A stretch of DNA of 64,000 nt from Bacteroidota bacterium (lineage in GTDB: Bacteria > Bacteroidota > Bacteroidia > 2-12-FULL-35-15). Below the pieces are notes generated by a model. It was not told where the DNA came from, ran no database searches, and saw only the letters and a program-made list of their open reading frames with translations. The stretch spans positions 131,135 to 195,134 of the forward strand of contig CANJYB010000005.1 of assembly GCA_947479085.1 (NCBI GenBank). The letters are read 5' to 3'. Below, piece after piece: positions 33,812 through 43,351 of the stretch (position 1 is its first letter; each line of letters opens with the position of its first letter). A program made the translations under genes and the position numbers.

Positions 33812-36223
33812 ATGAGATACACTGAATCATCAAAAGGAGTTTTAGGTAAGACAAAGTGTTATCATTGCGGAGAAACGAATATCGGGTTGGTTCGTTTCGA
33901 CAATAAAGATTTTTGTTGCGAAGGATGTAAGTTGGTGTATGAGTTATTGAATGAAAATAACTTATGCACCTATTACTCCTTAAATCACACCCCCGGGAAT
34001 ACCCAAAAGAGTGCCTATTCCGGTAAATTTAATTATTTAGACTATAAAGAGATTGAAAGTGCGTTGCTTGCTTTTTCTGACAATGCTCAATCGCGCATTA
34101 CTTTTTTTATACCCAAGATGCATTGCAGTTCCTGCATCTGGTTGCTGGAGAATCTTCATAAATTAAATCCTGCAGTTATTAGCTCGCAGGTTAATTTCCT
34201 TAAAAAGGAAGCAACCATTACTTATAATCATCCCAACTTAAAATTATCTTCTCTTGTAGAATTGTTGTCGGATATTGGTTATGAACCATTGATAAATCTG
34301 AATGACCTGGAGAATAAAAAAGTAGTTCCAAATAACAGAAAACGAATAATAAAAATAGGTGTAGCCGGATTTTGTTTCGGGAACATTATGATGATGAGTT
34401 TTCCGGAATATTTTTCAGTTGGTAAGTTTTACGACAGGGCAGATTTAAAAACTTTTTTTGGCGTGCTTAATTTATTTCTTTCGTTACCTGTTATTTTTTA
34501 TTCCGCTTCCGAGTTTTTTGTTTCCGCATACAAAAGTATCAAAAGTCGTTACCTCAATATTGATGCGCCTATTGCTATTTCCATTCTTGTCATTTTTATA
34601 AGAAGTATTTACGAAATAGTAAGTGGAGCAGGAGTTGGTTACCTTGATTCGATGACCGGCATTGTTTTTTTTATGCTAATAGGAAGATATTTCCAGGAAA
34701 AAACATACGAAACACTTTCTTTCGAAAGAGATTATAAATCTTATTTTCCTGTTGCAGTTACTGTTACTAAAGATAAAAAAGAATCGAGTATACTGGTAAC
34801 TCAATTAAAAAGAGGAGACAGGATAATTATACGCAATAGCGAAATTATCCCTGCTGACTCGATATTGGTAAGTGAAAGTACCCATATTGATTATAGTTTT
34901 GTTACTGGAGAATCTAAGCCGGTAAAAAAATATGCGGGGGAATTAATCTACGCAGGAGGCAAACAATTGGATGGTGCAATTCAACTGGATACGGAAAAGG
35001 AAGTTTCGCAGAGTTATCTGACAGGGCTTTGGAACAATGACCAACAAAGTCAAGCTCAAAATAAAGAAAGCCAGAACTTCGTTTTAAAAATCAATAAATA
35101 TTTTGTGTTTTCACTTTTAATAGTTGCTGTGGCGGCTTTTGGTTTCTGGGCTTTTGAGGGAGATGCTGGTCGGGGAATTGCGGCAGTTACTTCTGTTTTA
35201 ATTATTGCATGCCCTTGTGCACTATTATTATCGGCCACTTTCACTAATGGAAATATGCTTCGCATTTTCGGCAGAAATAAATTTTACATAAAAAACGCTT
35301 CCGTTATTGAACGCCTCACCGATGTGGATACTATTGTATTTGATAAAACAGGAACCATTACTCATGGATCTTCTGTAAAGTTTGAAGGCAAAGAACTAAA
35401 TGAAGAAGAAATTGCAATTGCAGTTTCCCTTGCTTTTAATTCTTCGCATCCGCTAAGCAGAAAAATTTGTGAAAATTATCCTGAGATAAAAAAGGTAGCG
35501 GTAACTAATTTCAAAGAGATAAAAGGACAAGGAATAAGCGGGATAGTAAATGACAAGATTGTGATGATGGGCTCTCGTTATTTTGTAACGGAGCAAAAGG
35601 AAGAAGCTGGTTCGTCTTCAAGTAAAGTGTATTTATTAATTGATAACAAGGTGAAGGGCTGTTTCAGTATTAATAGTTTTTACAGAAAAGGTATTGTGTC
35701 TATAGCCCAGGAATTGAAAAAGGAATATTCTATCCAGTTGCTTTCAGGAGATAACAATGCAGAAAAAGAAACATTGAAACAATTATTTAATAGTGAAAAC
35801 GATTTGCATTTTAACAAACAACCCGAAGAGAAGTTAGGGTTCATTCGGTCCTTACAGCAAAAGGGACATAATGTAATAATGATAGGCGATGGATTAAATG
35901 ATGCGGGTGCATTAATGCAAAGTAATGTAGGAATAGCTGTTTCGGACGACACCAATAATTTTTCTCCTTCCTGTGATGCTATCCTTGATGGCTCTGCTTT
36001 CGAAAAACTAAAAGTGTTTTTGGATTTTGCAAAAAGCGGAAAGAAAATAATCGTTGCAAGTTTTATAGTTTCTCTTATTTATAATGTGATTGGATTGTCA
36101 TATGCTGTGCAAGGTACATTGTCACCAGTAATAGCGGCCATTCTTATGCCGTTAAGTTCAATTTCAATTGTACTTCTTACCACTATTTCAAGTTCATTAA
36201 TTGCTAAAATAAAAGGATTGTAA
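33812..36223 (+). CDS. ccoI: Cu-translocating P1B ATPase CcoI/FixI
   Basis: CYHCG and FCCEGC N-terminal domain, MHCSSC, ACPCAL, DKTGT and GDGLND motifs. Confidence 0.93.
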   Translation: MRYTESSKGVLGKTKCYHCGETNIGLVRFDNKDFCCEGCKLVYELLNENNLCTYYSLNHTPGNTQKSAYSGKFNYLDYKEIESALLAFSDNAQSRITFFIPKMHCSSCIWLLENLHKLNPAVISSQVNFLKKEATITYNHPNLKLSSLVELLSDIGYEPLINLNDLENKKVVPNNRKRIIKIGVAGFCFGNIMMMSFPEYFSVGKFYDRADLKTFFGVLNLFLSLPVIFYSASEFFVSAYKSIKSRYLNIDAPIAISILVIFIRSIYEIVSGAGVGYLDSMTGIVFFMLIGRYFQEKTYETLSFERDYKSYFPVAVTVTKDKKESSILVTQLKRGDRIIIRNSEIIPADSILVSESTHIDYSFVTGESKPVKKYAGELIYAGGKQLDGAIQLDTEKEVSQSYLTGLWNNDQQSQAQNKESQNFVLKINKYFVFSLLIVAVAAFGFWAFEGDAGRGIAAVTSVLIIACPCALLLSATFTNGNMLRIFGRNKFYIKNASVIERLTDVDTIVFDKTGTITHGSSVKFEGKELNEEEIAIAVSLAFNSSHPLSRKICENYPEIKKVAVTNFKEIKGQGISGIVNDKIVMMGSRYFVTEQKEEAGSSSSKVYLLIDNKVKGCFSINSFYRKGIVSIAQELKKEYSIQLLSGDNNAEKETLKQLFNSENDLHFNKQPEEKLGFIRSLQQKGHNVIMIGDGLNDAGALMQSNVGIAVSDDTNNFSPSCDAILDGSAFEKLKVFLDFAKSGKKIIVASFIVSLIYNVIGLSYAVQGTLSPVIAAILMPLSSISIVLLTTISSSLIAKIKGL

Positions 36224-36294
36224 AAATGAATGGTGATGTTAATCAACTGAATGTTAGCAAATGTAAAATTAGCGATTGGACAAAAAAAAGAAAT

Positions 36295-36360
36295 ATGATT
36301 TCTGTCATATTGCCTTATGATAATGGTCATAGAAAGTCTTACGCACACGGGATAGTTTTG
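36295..36360 (+). promoter_or_regulatory. Tandem Crp/Fnr-type boxes plus -7 element, upstream of ccoS
   Basis: ATGA-TTTCTG-TCAT (36295) and ATGA-TAATGG-TCAT (36317), then TAGTTTTG. Confidence 0.72.
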
Positions 36361-36384
36361 CACCGTAATTAATAAAAAAAGGGA

Positions 36385-36597
36385 ATGGGAGTTTTATTCA
36401 TATTGATAGGAGCAAGTATACTGGTAGCGTTAGGATTTCTGATTGCGTTTATCTGGAGTGTTAGAAGTGGACAATTTGAAGATGACTATACTCCTTCGGT
36501 AAGAATCCTTTTTGATAATGAAATTGACACAGCAAATAATAAAGGACAAACAACAATAAAAGAAATTTCAAAACTATCAAAAACAACAAATAAATAA
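36385..36597 (+). CDS. ccoS: cbb3 oxidase assembly protein CcoS
   Basis: FIWSVRSGQFEDDYTPSVRILFD. Confidence 0.92.
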   Translation: MGVLFILIGASILVALGFLIAFIWSVRSGQFEDDYTPSVRILFDNEIDTANNKGQTTIKEISKLSKTTNK

Positions 36598-36618
36598 CAA
36601 ATAATAAATAATAGGATT

Positions 36619-38757
36619 ATGGAAATAGAAAAATTTCAATACGACAATAAAATTGTAAAACAATTTGCCTACGCTACAATTTTGTGGGGATTAGTAGGAA
36701 TGCTGGTAGGGTTGTGGGTGTCGTTGCAACTTATTTATCCCACATTGAATATTCTGCCGCAGACATCATTTGGAAGGTTAAGACCATTGCACACCAATGC
36801 AGTAATTTTTGCATTTGTTGGTAACGGAATTTTTATGGGAGTTTATTATTCATTACAGCGTTTGTGTAAAGCCCGTATGTTCAGTGATAAATTAAGTAAG
36901 ATTCACTTTTGGGGATGGCAATTAATTATTGTGGCTGCAGCCCTTACTTTGCCATTTGGTATTACCACCGGTAAAGAATATGCAGAACTAGAGTGGCCAA
37001 TTGATATTGCTATAGCTGCAATATGGGTAGTGTTTGGATGGAACATGTTTGGAACAATTTTGAAACGCAGAGAGCGCCATTTATATGTTGCTATCTGGTT
37101 TTACATTGCCACATTTGTTACCGTAGCAGTATTGCATATAGTTAACTCCATTGAACTTCCGGTTTCATTTTTAAAAAGCTATCCTGTTTATGCAGGAGTT
37201 CAGGATGCCTTGGTACAATGGTGGTACGGACATAATGCAGTTGCATTTTTCTTAACCACACCTTACCTGGGATTGATGTATTATTTTATTCCTAAAATAG
37301 CAGACCGTCCGGTTTATTCATATCGTTTATCAATCATCCACTTTTGGGCATTGATATTCCTTTATATCTGGGCTGGTCCTCACCATTTGTTATATACTGC
37401 TTTGCCTGATTGGGCTCAATCAATTGGTGTTGCCTTTTCAGTTATGTTAATTGCACCATCATGGGGTGGTATGATTAACGGGTTATTAACGCTTCGCGGT
37501 GCATGGGATAAAGTAAGAGAAAGTGTAGTGTTAAAATTTATGGTGGTTGCCGTAACAGCTTATGGTATGGCCACTTTTGAAGGACCAATGCTTTCTGTAA
37601 AGAAGGTAAACTCAATTGCTCACTTTACAGATTGGATTGTTGCTCACGTTCACGTTGGCGCTTTGGGCTGGAATGGATTCTTAACCTTTGGTGTTTTGTA
37701 TTGGTTAATACCGAAAATATTCCGCACTGAATTATGGTCAACCAAATTGGCAAACTGGCATTTCTGGTTAGGTTCATTGGGAATCCTGTTTTATGCCATA
37801 CCAATGTATTGGGCAGGATTTACACAATATTTGATGTGGCAGGAATTTACGCCAGCAGGTTACCTGAAATATCCAAACTTCCTGGAAACTGTAACACAGT
37901 TGCGCCCGATGTATATGATGCGTTCTCTCGGAGGAACAATGTATTTGGTTGGATTTATAATGATGGCTTATAATTTAATTAAAACAATTAAAGTTGGAAA
38001 TCTGCTTGAAAATGAAGATGCCGAAGCACCGGCATTACAAAAGGTATACGTTAAGCATGCAGGAGATCATTGGCATAGAGTAATTGAACGTAAACCAATT
38101 CAATTGATGTTGCTTGCTTTGGTAGTGATACTTATTGGAGGGTTAGTGGAAATGGTACCTACCTTCCTCATAAAATCAAATATACCAACCATATCAAGTG
38201 TTAAACCTTATTCTCCGCTTGAATTGCAGGGAAGAGATATTTACATAAGAGAAGGTTGTTATTTATGCCACTCACAAATGGTTCGTCCTTTACGTTTTGA
38301 AACAGAGCGTTACGGTGAGTATTCAAAAGCAGGAGAATTTGTATATGATCATCCATTTCAGTGGGGGTCTAAACGGACAGGACCTGATTTGGCCCGCGTA
38401 GGAGGAAAATATCCTAACTCATGGCATTACAACCACATGATGGACCCTACCACCATGTCACCGGGTTCCATTATGCCAACTTATCCGTTCCTATTGGATA
38501 ATGCCATAGATACAGCAAGTACACCGGCAAAGATCAGAGGTATGATGAAGCTTGGAGTTCCATATCCTGAAGGGTATGATAAAATAGCTAACAGAGATTT
38601 GATGGCTCAGGCTACTTTAATTGCTGATAATTTAAAGACAGATAAAATAGAAACACTTAACGACAGAGAGATAGTTGCTTTGATTGCCTACCTGCAAAAA
38701 TTAGGAAGAGATTTAAAAGTATATCATTTAATTAACGACAAAAAACCACAGCCATGA
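36619..38757 (+). CDS. ccoN: cbb3-type cytochrome c oxidase fused subunits I/II
   Basis: RLRPLHT, QWWYGHN, WAGPHH and HVHVGALGW (CcoN), followed by EGCYLCHSQMVR and WGSKRTGPDL (CcoO). Confidence 0.97.
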   Translation: MEIEKFQYDNKIVKQFAYATILWGLVGMLVGLWVSLQLIYPTLNILPQTSFGRLRPLHTNAVIFAFVGNGIFMGVYYSLQRLCKARMFSDKLSKIHFWGWQLIIVAAALTLPFGITTGKEYAELEWPIDIAIAAIWVVFGWNMFGTILKRRERHLYVAIWFYIATFVTVAVLHIVNSIELPVSFLKSYPVYAGVQDALVQWWYGHNAVAFFLTTPYLGLMYYFIPKIADRPVYSYRLSIIHFWALIFLYIWAGPHHLLYTALPDWAQSIGVAFSVMLIAPSWGGMINGLLTLRGAWDKVRESVVLKFMVVAVTAYGMATFEGPMLSVKKVNSIAHFTDWIVAHVHVGALGWNGFLTFGVLYWLIPKIFRTELWSTKLANWHFWLGSLGILFYAIPMYWAGFTQYLMWQEFTPAGYLKYPNFLETVTQLRPMYMMRSLGGTMYLVGFIMMAYNLIKTIKVGNLLENEDAEAPALQKVYVKHAGDHWHRVIERKPIQLMLLALVVILIGGLVEMVPTFLIKSNIPTISSVKPYSPLELQGRDIYIREGCYLCHSQMVRPLRFETERYGEYSKAGEFVYDHPFQWGSKRTGPDLARVGGKYPNSWHYNHMMDPTTMSPGSIMPTYPFLLDNAIDTASTPAKIRGMMKLGVPYPEGYDKIANRDLMAQATLIADNLKTDKIETLNDREIVALIAYLQKLGRDLKVYHLINDKKPQP

Positions 38758-38936
38758 AATTTATAAATTATTTGCAATCAATAGCGGGAGTTGGAGTTTT
38801 CCCGATGATAGGATTAACCATTTTCTTTACTTTTTTTATTGTTCTTGTTATCTGGGCATTAAGAGTAAACAAAGATTATATCAATAACATGAAAAACATT
38901 CCATTGGAAAAAGGAAAAGAAACAACAACTCTTTAA
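38754..38936 (+). CDS. ccoQ: cbb3 oxidase subunit CcoQ
   Basis: 60 aa with one TM helix; overlaps the ccoNO stop. Confidence 0.85.
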   Translation: MKFINYLQSIAGVGVFPMIGLTIFFTFFIVLVIWALRVNKDYINNMKNIPLEKGKETTTL

Positions 38937-38946
38937 ATCAATTATT

Positions 38947-40161
38947 ATGAAAAAGATAAATATCAAAAAAAGTTCACCATATCGAGGAATGGGATTAAAA
39001 CACATATTTACCGGAATAGCTTTATTGACTTGTTTAGGTTCATTTGCGCAGGAAGCAAAACCTGTTGTAACTCAGGAAACGTTATGGTTGTTTTCAAACG
39101 GTTTGTTTAACACGTTATTGGGTGTAATCGTCCTGTTATTGATTATCATATCCGTTCTGGGAGGGGTATTAAAAAATGTTGCGCGGTTTTCGTCAGACAG
39201 AAAACGCAATACAGGCGGAACAGCTGCAGGTATTATTGCTTTTATAGTTTTGATTTCTTCTTCTCAGAAATCAGTTGCGCAAACAACTGCTGCAGTTGCA
39301 TCCACCGGAAGTAATTATATGGGATTAGGAGCAGGAATGTTTTTCCTGATGATTGCCTTAATTGTTTTGGAGCTGATTATTATTGCAGTATTAATAGGTA
39401 TGATTCAAATGTTTGTGAAAAAAGAAATGGCAGCAGCGGCTTATGTGGCAGCTAAAAAGGCTGAACCTACTTTTATGGATCGGATAAGTGCAGCAGTGCC
39501 TGTGGAGAAGGAAGCGGATATTATGCTTGACCATAATTACGATGGTATCCGCGAATTGGATAATGATTTACCTCCATGGTGGAAATATGGTTTTTATGTT
39601 ACCATAATTTTTGCTGTTGTATATTTAGTCAATCATCATATTACAAAAACAAGTGATTTGCAAATTGCCATGTATGAAAAATCGATGGAAGAAGGACGCA
39701 TTGCTAAGGAAGAATTCCAGAAGAAAGATGCAAATAATGTAACAGAGAATACTGTGAAATTGTATACAGATAAAACCCACCTGGATGAAGCTTTCAGTTT
39801 GTTTAAAGATAATTGTGCAGTATGTCATGGAAAATTAGGTGAGGGAGGAGTTGGTCCAAACCTTACTGATGTGTATTGGATACATGGCGGAAGTTTAAAA
39901 GATATTTTCCATACTATTACAAATGGATGGCCTGATAAAGGGATGAAATCGTGGCAGGCAGATTTTTCTCCTCTAAAAATAGATGAGCTTGCGAGTTATA
40001 TCAAATCGTTGAGTGGAACCAATCCTCCAAATGGAAAAGCACCACAAGGGGATGTATATAAAGAAGAAGGGGCAGTAGTGAGCAGTGACTCAACCAAAAC
40101 AGATAGTACAAAAGTAATTGCTCCGGCAATTGACAGCGTTAAAGTCGGGAAGAAAAAATAA
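38947..40161 (+). CDS. ccoP: cbb3 oxidase subunit III CcoP (monoheme, extended N-terminus)
   Basis: DHNYDGIRELDNDLPPWW, CAVCH and GPNLTD..WIHGG motifs. Confidence 0.93.
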   Translation: MKKINIKKSSPYRGMGLKHIFTGIALLTCLGSFAQEAKPVVTQETLWLFSNGLFNTLLGVIVLLLIIISVLGGVLKNVARFSSDRKRNTGGTAAGIIAFIVLISSSQKSVAQTTAAVASTGSNYMGLGAGMFFLMIALIVLELIIIAVLIGMIQMFVKKEMAAAAYVAAKKAEPTFMDRISAAVPVEKEADIMLDHNYDGIRELDNDLPPWWKYGFYVTIIFAVVYLVNHHITKTSDLQIAMYEKSMEEGRIAKEEFQKKDANNVTENTVKLYTDKTHLDEAFSLFKDNCAVCHGKLGEGGVGPNLTDVYWIHGGSLKDIFHTITNGWPDKGMKSWQADFSPLKIDELASYIKSLSGTNPPNGKAPQGDVYKEEGAVVSSDSTKTDSTKVIAPAIDSVKVGKKK

Positions 40162-40163
40162 AA

Positions 40164-41573
40164 ATGGAAAACAAGGAAGATGGGAAGGATGATTCTTTTA
40201 GGGATTCGATAGCAACAATAAAAGATGGAAAACGTGCTTGGATATATGCTCAGAAACCTAAAGGTAAATTATATAATAAGAGAACTTATTTAAGTCTTGC
40301 TTACTTAATTATATTTTTCGCTCTTCCTTTTGTTAAAGTTGCAGGTGAACCGTTCTTTCTCATAGATATTCCTGATAGGAAATTCATTTTATTCAGTGCT
40401 ATATTCTGGCCACAGGATACGTTTATCTTTGTGCTGGGTATGCTTACCTTTATAGTATTTATTATACTCTTTACGGTGGTCTTTGGGAGATTGTTTTGCG
40501 GATGGGCTTGCCCGCAAACTATTTTTATGGAAATGGTTTTCCGGAAAATTGAATACTGGATTGAAGGGGATGCAAGTCATCAAAAGGCTTTAAACAAACA
40601 ACCCTGGAATACAGAAAAGGTAATTAAGAAAACCTCTAAGATTTCTGCCTTCTTTTTAGTTTCTTTCATTATAGCAAATACTTTTCTTGCTTATATAATA
40701 AGTATGGACTCGGTTTTGGCTTTGTACACTGAAGGGTTAGCTAAAAATTCCGGAACATTTATAGCCCTGTTAATATTTACTTCTATTTTCTTTTTTGTTT
40801 ATCTCTGGTTCAGGGAGCAGGTTTGCCTGGTGGTTTGTCCTTACGGAAGGTTGCAGGGAGTACTTCTTGACAGGAATTCAATTATTGTAGCGTATGATTA
40901 TATACGAGGAGAATCAAGAGCGAAATTTAAAAAGAATGAGGTTAGGACAAGTGGCGATTGTATCGATTGTGCACAATGTGTGAAGGTGTGTCCTACCGGA
41001 ATTGACATAAGAAACGGGACACAGTTGGAATGTATTAATTGCACCGCATGTATTGATGTGTGTAATCACATGATGGATAGTGTTGGGTTACCACAAGGAT
41101 TAATTCGTTTTGATTCTGAAAATGGAATTGCAAACAAACAAAAACTTAAACTGACCGGAAGAATAAAAGCTTATTCTGTGGTATTGCTTTTATTGATTGG
41201 TGTATTGGTAACACTGCTGGTGAGCAGGGATGATGTGGCAACAACCATTTTGAGAACTCCCGGATTACTGTTCCAGGAACAACCGAATAACCAGATCAGT
41301 AATTTGTATAATATTAAGATGGTAAATAAAACCCATAGTAAATTGCCAATTACCTTAAAACTGGAATCGGAGTCAGGAGAAATAAAAATGGTGGGAAATG
41401 AAATAATAAATGTGGAGAAGGAAAGTGTGGCCAGTTCGGAGTTCTTTATTTATGTGAACAGGGCAGAGATTACCAAGAGGAAAACAAAATTTAAAGTAGG
41501 CTTGTATTCGGAAGGGAAAAAAATAGCGACTGTGGAAACTAGTTTCCTTGGGCCGATTACAGTGAAAAGATAA
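40164..41573 (+). CDS. ccoG: cbb3 accessory ferredoxin CcoG
   Basis: FCGWACPQT, CPYGRLQ, CIDCAQCVKVCPTGIDIR and CINCTACIDVC motifs. Confidence 0.96.
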   Translation: MENKEDGKDDSFRDSIATIKDGKRAWIYAQKPKGKLYNKRTYLSLAYLIIFFALPFVKVAGEPFFLIDIPDRKFILFSAIFWPQDTFIFVLGMLTFIVFIILFTVVFGRLFCGWACPQTIFMEMVFRKIEYWIEGDASHQKALNKQPWNTEKVIKKTSKISAFFLVSFIIANTFLAYIISMDSVLALYTEGLAKNSGTFIALLIFTSIFFFVYLWFREQVCLVVCPYGRLQGVLLDRNSIIVAYDYIRGESRAKFKKNEVRTSGDCIDCAQCVKVCPTGIDIRNGTQLECINCTACIDVCNHMMDSVGLPQGLIRFDSENGIANKQKLKLTGRIKAYSVVLLLLIGVLVTLLVSRDDVATTILRTPGLLFQEQPNNQISNLYNIKMVNKTHSKLPITLKLESESGEIKMVGNEIINVEKESVASSEFFIYVNRAEITKRKTKFKVGLYSEGKKIATVETSFLGPITVKR

Positions 41574-41690
41574 GATGCCGGAGGTATCGCATATTTATAG
41601 AATAGATTAATATTGAATATTCGACCCCGAAGGGGTCGCACCAATTCTGGCAATTATATTTCTATAAACATTTGAACCCTATGGGTTCAT
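41574..41690. repeat. Three-hairpin REP/MITE-like element inside the cco operon
   Basis: GATGCC-gga-GGTATC, CGACCCC-gaa-GGGGTCG and TGAACCC-tat-GGGTTCA, with the inverted pair ATATTTATAGAA/TTCTATAAACAT. Confidence 0.7.
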
Positions 41691-41721
41691 GAGTTAAAGC
41701 AAATTAATAAAACAAAACAAC

Positions 41722-42168
41722 ATGTTAAAAATAAGCTGGGGAACAAAAATAGCTGCACTGTATATCGGTTTTGTAGGCCTGATAGTAGTGATGGTGGTAA
41801 TGAGTATGCACCAAAGGATTGATTTGGTAAGTGATGACTATTATGATAAGGAACTGGTGTTCCAGGATAAAATAAATGAAATGAGTAATACTAATCTATT
41901 GTCAGGAAATATTACACATAGTATTACAGATACTGATATTGAATTGCAATTTCAGCCGGAGTTTAAAGCGAAGAAAGTAACAGGAGAGATTTTGTTTTTC
42001 TGTCCGAGCAATGCTTCAAAAGATTTTAAAACAACTGTGGCGTTGGATGAAAATGCTTCGCAAAAGGTTAGTTTAAAAGGGCTGAGCAAGGGGATGTATA
42101 AAATGCAAATCTCGTGGAAGGATGAGGTGAAAGCTTATTTTGCAGAGGAAACAATAGTGATACCTTAA
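41722..42168 (+). CDS. fixH: FixH/CcoH family protein
   Basis: SWGTKI..TM..DLVSDDYYDKELVFQ motif; operon position. Confidence 0.9.
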   Translation: MLKISWGTKIAALYIGFVGLIVVMVVMSMHQRIDLVSDDYYDKELVFQDKINEMSNTNLLSGNITHSITDTDIELQFQPEFKAKKVTGEILFFCPSNASKDFKTTVALDENASQKVSLKGLSKGMYKMQISWKDEVKAYFAEETIVIP

Positions 42169-42882
42169 GTGATGAATATTTTTTGGACGGCCATAACATT
42201 AGGTTTTGTTGGGAGTTTTCACTGTGTGGGAATGTGTGGTCCCATTGCGCTTGCTTTGCCGTTAAATCAAAATTCAATTTGGTCAAAGATAACGGGAGTG
42301 TTGTTTTACAACTTCGGGAGAATGTTTACCTACGCAATGTTTGGCGCATTGTTCGGATTGGTGGGGCAGAGTTTTGTAATTGCAGGTTATCAGCAGGCCT
42401 TATCCATAACCCTTGGAGTGGCTATTTTGATAATGGTTTTGTTACCGAACCAATGGGTGGCAAGATTCAGAATTACTTCTTCCATTTATTCTTTTATCGG
42501 AAAAATAAAACAACAGTTGGGTTCTTTATTTAAAAAGAAAAGTTATTCTTCTTTGTTTTTCATCGGAACGTTAAATGGTTTGTTGCCATGCGGACTGGTG
42601 TATCTGGGGATAGCTGGAGCAATAGCCACCGGAAGCAGTTTACAGGGAAGTATGTTTATGGCATTGTTTGCCTTCGGAACTTTTCCGGCAATGGTTGTAT
42701 TGTCCTTGTTAGGAAATTCCCTCAGTATTAATTTCAGAAATAAAATAAGAAAAGCTGTTCCTTTATTTGTTTCCATGATGGCGGTGTTACTTATACTTCG
42801 CGGAATGAATCTTGGGATTCCTTACGTAAGCCCACAGATGTCGGCAAGTAAGGCAGTATGCGATAAATGTTGTCATAAATAA
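42169..42882 (+). CDS. DsbD_2 / TauE-SafE-like cytochrome c biogenesis membrane protein
   Basis: GSFHCVGMCGP and NGLLPCGLVY motifs. Confidence 0.92.
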   Translation: MMNIFWTAITLGFVGSFHCVGMCGPIALALPLNQNSIWSKITGVLFYNFGRMFTYAMFGALFGLVGQSFVIAGYQQALSITLGVAILIMVLLPNQWVARFRITSSIYSFIGKIKQQLGSLFKKKSYSSLFFIGTLNGLLPCGLVYLGIAGAIATGSSLQGSMFMALFAFGTFPAMVVLSLLGNSLSINFRNKIRKAVPLFVSMMAVLLILRGMNLGIPYVSPQMSASKAVCDKCCHK

Positions 42883-42887
42883 AAAGC

Positions 42888-43340
42888 ATGAGCATTATCA
42901 GGATAACCAAGGAGTTTAATTTTGAAATGGCGCATGCTCTTTTTGGTTATGATGGTGCCTGCAAAAATATTCACGGACATTCGTATCAACTTTCGGTAAC
43001 TATAAAAGGAACACCTATAGTGGATGAAAAAAATGTGAAGCTGGGAATGGTGATGGACTTTAATGAATTAAAAGCAATAGTGAAACCCATTATTGATGAG
43101 CTGGACCATGCAACCATGCTGAATACCAATTCCCCTCATAAACAACTTGCAGAAAAAAATTTATTGTTTGAAAAACTGGTATTGGTAAATTACCAACCTA
43201 CATGTGAAAACATGTTGATTGACATGGCAGATTATATTTTGGTGCGCCTGCCCGACCATATAAAACTGCACCACCTGCGATTGCAGGAAACTCCAACTTC
43301 TTATGCAGAATGGTTTGCAGAAGACAATTCTGCTTTGTAA
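42888..43340 (+). CDS. queD: 6-carboxytetrahydropterin synthase (QueD/PTPS)
   Basis: FEMAH, CKNIHGHSY, MVMDF, LDH, PTCEN and ETPTSYAE motifs. Confidence 0.92.
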   Translation: MSIIRITKEFNFEMAHALFGYDGACKNIHGHSYQLSVTIKGTPIVDEKNVKLGMVMDFNELKAIVKPIIDELDHATMLNTNSPHKQLAEKNLLFEKLVLVNYQPTCENMLIDMADYILVRLPDHIKLHHLRLQETPTSYAEWFAEDNSAL

Positions 43341-43351
43341 AAAAAAATATT

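Noticed and set aside
43310..43351. hemN start at 43310 overlapping queD
   Set aside because: TTG at 43352 gives the usual short N-terminus before KYN..GPRYTSYP without the overlap.
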